Assembly: GCA_038887515.1 (NCBI GenBank)
Contig: JAWAKK010000005.1
Coordinates: 1 to 12,054, forward strand
DNA: 12,054 bases
Direction of reading: 5' to 3'
Source of the DNA: Candidatus Nezhaarchaeales archaeon
Lineage (GTDB): Archaea; Thermoproteota; Methanomethylicia; Nezhaarchaeales; WYZ-LMO8
The position numbers were made by a program, and so were the translations under genes. Positions 7,046-12,054 of the stretch are shown piece after piece (positions within the stretch are counted from its first letter, which is position 1; each line of letters starts with the position of its first letter). The notes below the pieces were generated by a model that was not told the origin of the DNA, did no database searches, and saw only the letters and a list, made by a program, of their open reading frames with translations.

Positions 7046-8113
7046 CTACGCAGAAAGCTCTTTATTCAAAGCGTCTACAGTGTCGAAGGGAAGCCACTTG
7101 CTTGGCTCTATGCGGTAGTTTCGGCCCATTCTCTTGACGTTGATGTAGCCCATTAACTCCAGCTCCCCCAGAACATCTTTCAACCTCCTCTCGCTGAGCT
7201 CTGGAAACCCGTAACTCCTAGCAACCTCGTAGAAGTTCCTGTAAGCTTCGCCGACCGTCTCCGATCGCAAAGCCGCAAGCAACATCAGCTTGTGGGCTGT
7301 GCTGAGCCCCTTCAATCCCTCCTCAACGTAGGCTCTCTCAACACGCTTCCTAGCCTCATATATGTAATCGACTTTAAGCCTATCACCATTCACGACGCAC
7401 ATCTTCACCGCCTCCCTCAACAAGTCTATTGCATAGCGTGCATCACCGCCCTTTTGGGCGGCTAAAGCCGAGAGGAGCCTCAAAGACTCCTCATTTGTGA
7501 AGCTCTCCACAGGCACCCCTTCCCTCAAAGTCATCGCCAGCCTATCCCTAACTATCATGTATATCTCCTCGGACTTGTATGGAGGAAAGAGTAGGAGTTG
7601 TGGGTTGAACCTACTTTTAACTCTCACATCCTTCACGTAGTCGTGAAGGTTCATCTTGTTGCTTATCAAGATAAGGCCCGTGTTGGGCCTGTTCGTAACC
7701 ATGTATAGGAGCTCGTCGCTCTTCTCATCCCTAACCATAAATTTCTCAGCTTCATCTATAACAATCACGCAGCGCCCTGGAAGGCTGTCTTCCATCTCAC
7801 CCCACAGAGCCCCGAAGCTGAGGCCCCACTTCCTCTTGCCGGTAAGCATAGTGTGAAGGGCCACAAGGGTGCCGTAAGCCGAGGGCTCGCTAACAGTGTA
7901 AAGGCTTGGCACATCCACATCGCTTAGGACCTTTCTGACTGTGACGGTTTTCCCGCTTCCCGAAGGGCCCAGAACAATGAAGTTGGGGGGCGGGAAGCCC
8001 TCGCCGACCAGTTTAAGCTCAACGAGAAGCCTCTCGTACTCCCTATCCCTACACAAGAGGCGGGGAGGTATGAATGCGTGGTTCAAAACCCCTAAGTCCT
8101 TTATAAAGGACAA
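7046..8113 (-). CDS. cdc6: Orc1/Cdc6 replication initiator (AAA+ ATPase + winged helix)
   Basis: Walker A GPSGSGKT, Walker B VIVIDEAE, FPPYKSEEI...RL, sensor-2 GDARYAIDLLR and a C-terminal wHTH (LGELELMGYI). The ORF track starts at GTG 8140; I prefer TTG 8113 (MSFIKD...) because AGGTG lies 6 nt upstream. Confidence 0.95.
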   Translation of the reverse strand: MSFIKDLGVLNHAFIPPRLLCRDREYERLLVELKLVGEGFPPPNFIVLGPSGSGKTVTVRKVLSDVDVPSLYTVSEPSAYGTLVALHTMLTGKRKWGLSFGALWGEMEDSLPGRCVIVIDEAEKFMVRDEKSDELLYMVTNRPNTGLILISNKMNLHDYVKDVRVKSRFNPQLLLFPPYKSEEIYMIVRDRLAMTLREGVPVESFTNEESLRLLSALAAQKGGDARYAIDLLREAVKMCVVNGDRLKVDYIYEARKRVERAYVEEGLKGLSTAHKLMLLAALRSETVGEAYRNFYEVARSYGFPELSERRLKDVLGELELMGYINVKRMGRNYRIEPSKWLPFDTVDALNKELSA

Positions 8114-8224
8114 GACCAACACCTGAAAGACTTCCTGCACTTATCTCACTCTTTGAGACCTATTTCACCCTTGCGAATTCACTACACTAAAAACACCTTT
8201 GAAGTGTTCCTTCACCTATATGCA

Positions 8225-8308
8225 ACCTTGCGGACACCTCCTCTCTCCCATTTCACCCATCTCTTGATCTCTGATGAGGCACTCTCTCTCCCATTTCACC
8301 CTACAGCC
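8225..8308 (+). repeat. Left arm of 84-bp inverted repeat; contains two copies of CTCTCTCCCATTTCACCC (8241-8258, 8284-8301)
   Basis: 83/84 identical to the reverse complement of 8586-8669; single mismatch at 8293/8601. Confidence 0.97.
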
Positions 8309-8310
8309 GG

Positions 8311-8340
8311 GGGTTTCTGCTGCTCGGGTTTCTACTGCTC
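8311..8340 (+). repeat. Tandem 15-bp direct repeat GGGTTTCT(G/A)CTGCTC
   Basis: 8311-8325 and 8326-8340 differ at one position. The minus strand reads GAGCAG(T/C)AGAAACCC, similar to the ORB core CCAGTGGAAAC. Confidence 0.85.
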
Positions 8341-8585
8341 TCTTTGTTACTCATACGTGAGTATGTATAGGGCTCCTTTATAAGTAATTTATTTTTCTTT
8401 TTTTTCTTTTTAAAGCAAAAAGAGAAAAAATTTATGATAATCTGCAAGTTTCTCACTCAAAGTTTAACTGAATAACATGATTTAAAAACATAATGAATAT
8501 GCTCTTTATTAATCGTCTAATATAACGAATCAAAGAAGACCTGAAGTAATGATGGGAGTAGGGCCTCCCGCTCCAGAGGGGGCCG

Positions 8586-8669
8586 GGCTGTAGGGTGAAA
8601 CGGGAGAGAGAGTGCCTCATCAGAGATCAAGAGATGGGTGAAATGGGAGAGAGGAGGTGTCCGCAAGGT
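8586..8669 (-). repeat. Right arm of 84-bp inverted repeat
   Basis: GGCTGTAGGGTGAAACGGGAGAGAG...GGGTGAAATGGGAGAGAGGAGGTGTCCGCAAGGT. Confidence 0.97.
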
Positions 8670-9145
8670 GACCTGTGTCGCCGTTTCTGCCTGCCGGTGT
8701 GAAGACACTTCTGTTATGAGTCTTGGGGTTAAAGAAAAAGGAGTTAGTTGAAGATGTTGTGGATGCAAGAGCAACGGCTCCAGACTCGAATGAGCGTTTC
8801 TAGGTTGTGCCCAACAGGTGGAGCACGTGTGGTTTAAGGGTTAACATGTGTATTATTGGTGGCGGGGGTGGTGTTATAGGGGACTATAACTCCTCACCTA
8901 GAGCTCTCTTTATGGTGGAAGCCACGCCCCTAAACTGGTTGAGGGCTACTTGGATGAGGCTTATTTCATCATGTTCGACGAGCACTCACGAGCTAACATT
9001 AAAATCTCCGAATGGTTGGAAGTCCCTAGTCGATTAATAAGGGCTAGCAGGTGGGGCATGTAGTCATGCTTTGGGGCCGTGGGCCTCAAATTTAGGGGCT
9101 TAGAGCCCAAGATACCTTCTTTATATCTATAGCCTATTCGAAGTA

Positions 9146-9191
9146 GAAAGGTTTTTATGTTCATTAAAATATTATCATTCCGAAAGGGTGA
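9146..9191 (+). promoter_or_regulatory. BRE-TATA promoter and RBS of the S-layer-like gene
   Basis: GAAAGG-TTTTTATG at 9146-9159; GGGTGA at 9186-9191, 9 nt before ATG 9201. Confidence 0.7.
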
Positions 9192-9200
9192 TTTTAAGTT

Positions 9201-11744
9201 ATGGAGAAAAGTAAGGGTATATTAGGTGTACTGCTAATACTGTTGTTCTCCACGTCTCTTGTGCTGGCCGGGTTGAGGCCGGCAACCGTTCTCGCGGTTG
9301 GTTCAGACGACTACATGACCGTGAACGGCGTCTTAGATACGGATCGCTACACGCTTTACCCCTACAAGAGCGCGCTTCTAAAGGTGGGCCTCTCGAAGTA
9401 CGGTGAGCTGATAGACGACACGACCAACGTGGGCTTGGAGTACGACAACGCGCGTGACCCCTTCGCCCCGGTTGCGGGGGCAACAGTGCCGCCAGAGCTT
9501 CAGAAGAAAGTGTGGATAAACGGGTGGTACATTGATATAATTTACAACCACTCAACTTGGGGTGTGAGGAACGTTTGGGCTGGCGCGCTCTTCGCTGACA
9601 TAACGAGCTACGGCGGCCCGTGGCTTAGGGTGGACAACGATTACGGTTCCTGCCAATACGAGAAGGATGAGAACTTCAAGTGCCCTGGAAAGCAGATAGA
9701 CCCTGAAAACCCTGGTGACGTGATAGGTCCATTACTGAATGGTGGCAGGAAGACGAACGGCACCGTGATAACGGATCCGCTTCAGGTTCTCTACGACGGC
9801 CCGAGGCTGTTCGTGGCCAAGATAACGAACCACATCTATGACTGGTATGAGCCTACCAAAGCTAACAGGCACATCGTGGACCTTGTGCTGACAGTGATCT
9901 TCAACAAGGTTAAGAAGGAGGTCGTAGTAATAAAGGACGTCAAGCTTGTCCCCTCAGCCAAGTTCGAGGTGCTGCCCTTAGTGCTCTACGACTCGGATAA
10001 CAATAAATTTGAAATTGAGAATGGATACCTGGTGCAGCTGAGCAACAGGGAGGAGTGGGATCTAGGCACCATTGCATCCGGCACAACTTCATATTCAAGC
10101 TACGCCCACTTCTACGTTGCGGACTGTGGGGAAGGGCAGGAAACAGTGTACAATGGGAGCTGGGTTATGATCCCGACGCTCCCGGCAGGCATCAAGGTCG
10201 GCAATCTCGCAGCAACACCAGTCAACAAGTACGGAGGGCAGCCCTCTACGAGCGCTGCAACATACGACGTGGCCCAGATAATATCCAACGACAGGAAATA
10301 CGTTGGCTGGCACGCCTTCTGGCCCAGCCTGAGCGACTACACCGTGTACGCAGGCCAAGACAACATATGGTGGAGGGCGCTTAACGCGAACGATCCGCAC
10401 CGCACTGACGGTTTAAGCGAGCCTTGGCGTTCACCGCTGATCGTGGGCGAGTGGGACTTCCTGCTGGGCGAGCCTGCTAGGGACTACGGTTCTGGAGTGG
10501 TGAGCGGAGTCCAGTTCAGGGGCGTAAGCGTCTACGGCGTTACGGACCTCAACGACGGCAAGGATGCGGCGTTTGGTGAGGTTAATGCTATCGACCGCGA
10601 GGTCAAGTACCAGCTGAATGAGATATTCAACCCGTGGGACCTCTATGATTCAGTTCACAAGAGCACTATGCGCTTTGTTGATATCAGAACTGTATCAGCT
10701 TCAACACAAACTAAAGTAGACATTAAAGTTGGAGCCTCCGCAGTTATATCCAAGGAGGCTGCCAGTCCTGGTAACCCGCCTGGCACCTCGTGGTATGACT
10801 ACTGCAATGCAACTGAGCGCGTCATAGTTGATGGATACCTAATAAAGCCGGGATCCGGAAATCCACCCAGCTATGTTGCAACAAATAAGAACGGTATATG
10901 GTATATCAATGTGACGATACCTGCTGGAACCCACACCATTAAGGTACTCTGGTCAAACTCTACAACTCCTGGACGTTATGAATGGGTGGTCGTTGGCAGG
11001 GACGCCATGACCGTCGACTCCGCAGGTGCAGCTCTGGTAACTTCAGCCTTCAAGGACAAGATAATTGAAAGTAATAAAAAGGCCGGCGCCTTCATAGGAC
11101 TGGCCGGCGCGGACTTCTACGGCAAGTACGTTGATATGGAGATGCCCTGGGTTATGAGGAAGTTCGGCGCCGCCAACAACTTCGAGGACTACTTCTACGT
11201 CAAGCCGACGGATCAGCGCATGGCCTTGAAGGACGACTGGTGCACGACGTGGCCGATAGCCAGCAGCAACATGATAGGCGTGGGTGGACCACTTGCGAAC
11301 GCCTTAACGTACTACTTCAACGATTTCGCCCAGGCGTTCTACGCGTTGCCCTGGAGGACAACCTACACGCCTTGGAGTGAAAAAATAGTTCCGCTCACCT
11401 GCTGGGATATGACGAAGACAAGTGCCTACCGGTCAGGCGAAACCGTGGGCTACGCTGTGATCTCAACCTACAAGGACATTAACGGCACAGTGGGCCTCCT
11501 CATATGGGGCAACTGGGGAAGGGACACCTACTACGTGACGAAGTGGTTCCACGAAGAAGGCATCTACCAGCTGCAGGAAGCCCCACCTGGCTTGACATCG
11601 ATAATAGTTAAGATAGACTACAAGTACTACGCCGGTGAAGGCTACAAGCCGAAAAGCTTCAGCATAGTCGAGTGCCTAGGAACCATAAGCGAAACGCTTT
11701 GGAAGCACGGAAATGAAATTAAGGGCGGAATACACGACCCGTAA
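9201..11744 (+). CDS. Large secreted glycoprotein, probable S-layer protein
   Basis: Signal peptide; 847 aa rich in G/T/V/Y/W/D; seven N-X-S/T sequons (NHS, NGT x2, NGS, NAT, NVT, NST). The C-terminal region has VVVGRDAMTVDSAGAALV and NMIGVGGPLANALT, resembling the IVVG..A...D...A and ILVGGP.AN motifs of Thermococcales/Methanococcales-type S-layer N/C domains. Strong C/G-ending codon bias, with its own promoter and terminator. Confidence 0.75.
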   Translation: MEKSKGILGVLLILLFSTSLVLAGLRPATVLAVGSDDYMTVNGVLDTDRYTLYPYKSALLKVGLSKYGELIDDTTNVGLEYDNARDPFAPVAGATVPPELQKKVWINGWYIDIIYNHSTWGVRNVWAGALFADITSYGGPWLRVDNDYGSCQYEKDENFKCPGKQIDPENPGDVIGPLLNGGRKTNGTVITDPLQVLYDGPRLFVAKITNHIYDWYEPTKANRHIVDLVLTVIFNKVKKEVVVIKDVKLVPSAKFEVLPLVLYDSDNNKFEIENGYLVQLSNREEWDLGTIASGTTSYSSYAHFYVADCGEGQETVYNGSWVMIPTLPAGIKVGNLAATPVNKYGGQPSTSAATYDVAQIISNDRKYVGWHAFWPSLSDYTVYAGQDNIWWRALNANDPHRTDGLSEPWRSPLIVGEWDFLLGEPARDYGSGVVSGVQFRGVSVYGVTDLNDGKDAAFGEVNAIDREVKYQLNEIFNPWDLYDSVHKSTMRFVDIRTVSASTQTKVDIKVGASAVISKEAASPGNPPGTSWYDYCNATERVIVDGYLIKPGSGNPPSYVATNKNGIWYINVTIPAGTHTIKVLWSNSTTPGRYEWVVVGRDAMTVDSAGAALVTSAFKDKIIESNKKAGAFIGLAGADFYGKYVDMEMPWVMRKFGAANNFEDYFYVKPTDQRMALKDDWCTTWPIASSNMIGVGGPLANALTYYFNDFAQAFYALPWRTTYTPWSEKIVPLTCWDMTKTSAYRSGETVGYAVISTYKDINGTVGLLIWGNWGRDTYYVTKWFHEEGIYQLQEAPPGLTSIIVKIDYKYYAGEGYKPKSFSIVECLGTISETLWKHGNEIKGGIHDP

Positions 11745-11757
11745 AACCGCAAACTCC

Positions 11758-11775
11758 TATTTTTTATTTACTTTT
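11758..11775 (+). terminator. Oligo-T archaeal terminator
   Basis: TATTTTTTATTTACTTTT about 14 nt after the S-layer stop. Confidence 0.65.
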
Positions 11776-11838
11776 AACCTGCTCGCGGAAAGCATCTTCG
11801 ATGGCCCTTGGGGTTTTTAGCTCCTCGGCTTAGAACCT

Positions 11839-12054
11839 TCAAGCACCTCTCAATATGAGGTTCAGCCACCTCTCCACGTATCTCTCCTTGTTAAACTTGG
11901 AGGCCGCCTCCGCGCAGCTCAACCTAACATGATGGTTGTACCCATTTTTCCAGAGCTTTTCCGCCGTCTCAACCATTTCGTCGTCGTCTTGGACGAGCCA
12001 GCCTGTGCGGCCGTGGATCACCGTTTCTGAGGGTCCCTGCTTGTTGTAGGTTAG
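11839..12054 (-). CDS. 3' end of a second GT4 glycosyltransferase (paralogue of 3997-5103); 5' part outside the window
   Basis: Open from the window edge: LTYNKQGPSETVIHGRTGWLVQDDDEMVETAEKLWKNGYNH (identical to the first GT4), then HVRLSCAEAASKFNKERYVERWLNLILRGA*. Confidence 0.92.
   Translation of the reverse strand, partial: LTYNKQGPSETVIHGRTGWLVQDDDEMVETAEKLWKNGYNHHVRLSCAEAASKFNKERYVERWLNLILRGA
11930..12054 (-). repeat. Inverted copy of 4870-4994
   Basis: Exact reverse complement over 125 bp up to the window end. Confidence 0.97.

Larger units (their letters stand above)
8225..8669. other. Probable replication origin (oriC): inverted arms flanking an AT-rich DNA-unwinding element
   Basis: Non-coding and directly upstream of cdc6. 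Inverted arms at 8225-8308 and 8586-8669 surround a strongly AT-rich core (~8377-8530) with T- and A-tracts. Confidence 0.8.

Noticed and set aside
8225-8669. MITE or CRISPR interpretation of the repeats
   Set aside because: No target-site duplication is seen outside the arms and there is no regular repeat-spacer array. Position next to cdc6 and the AT-rich core favour an origin.
8153-8774. Two short ORFs (8153-8383 +, 8517-8774 -) sharing TLRTPPLSHFTHLLISDEALSLPFHPTA
   Set aside because: The shared peptide is just the translation of the DNA inverted repeat; there is no sign of coding.
8807-9164. Short ORFs 8807-9037 (+) and 8961-9164 (-), and a minus-strand fragment VLVEHDEISLIQVALNQFRGVASTIKRALGEEL*
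   Set aside because: No recognisable motif or convincing start. The fragment might be a gene relic but cannot be supported.
1178-10400. Remaining short ORFs overlapping the main genes (e.g. 1178-1402, 3433-3645, 7656-7856, 9199-9555, 10055-10384)
   Set aside because: Alternate-frame or antisense shadows of well-supported genes or pseudogenes.
4870-12054. DGR template/variable repeat pair
   Set aside because: The copies are identical with no adenine-specific mismatches, and there is no reverse transcriptase in the window.

Overview
Archaeal window, probably TACK/Bathyarchaeia-like. This is inferred from BRE-TATA promoters, GGTGA ribosome-binding sites, an orc1/cdc6 gene and an S-layer-type protein. 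It is a cell-surface and glycosylation cluster: a DUF2079 membrane protein (partial, missed by the ORF track), a GT2, a SAM methyltransferase, a pilin-like membrane-anchored protein, two GT4 paralogues, a membrane-anchored His/Cys clan-CD-like protein and an 847-aa probable S-layer glycoprotein. Two other structures lie inside the cluster. (i) An orc1/cdc6 gene sits beside a probable replication origin made of 84-bp near-perfect inverted arms around an AT-rich core. (ii) A decayed, internally deleted IS607 element (tnpA+tnpB remnants) contains a frameshifted LAGLIDADG homing-endonuclease gene, which appears to split the first hairpin of the tnpB-associated omega-RNA region. The two GT4 genes share an identical inverted block of at least 125 bp placed almost exactly symmetrically about the origin.
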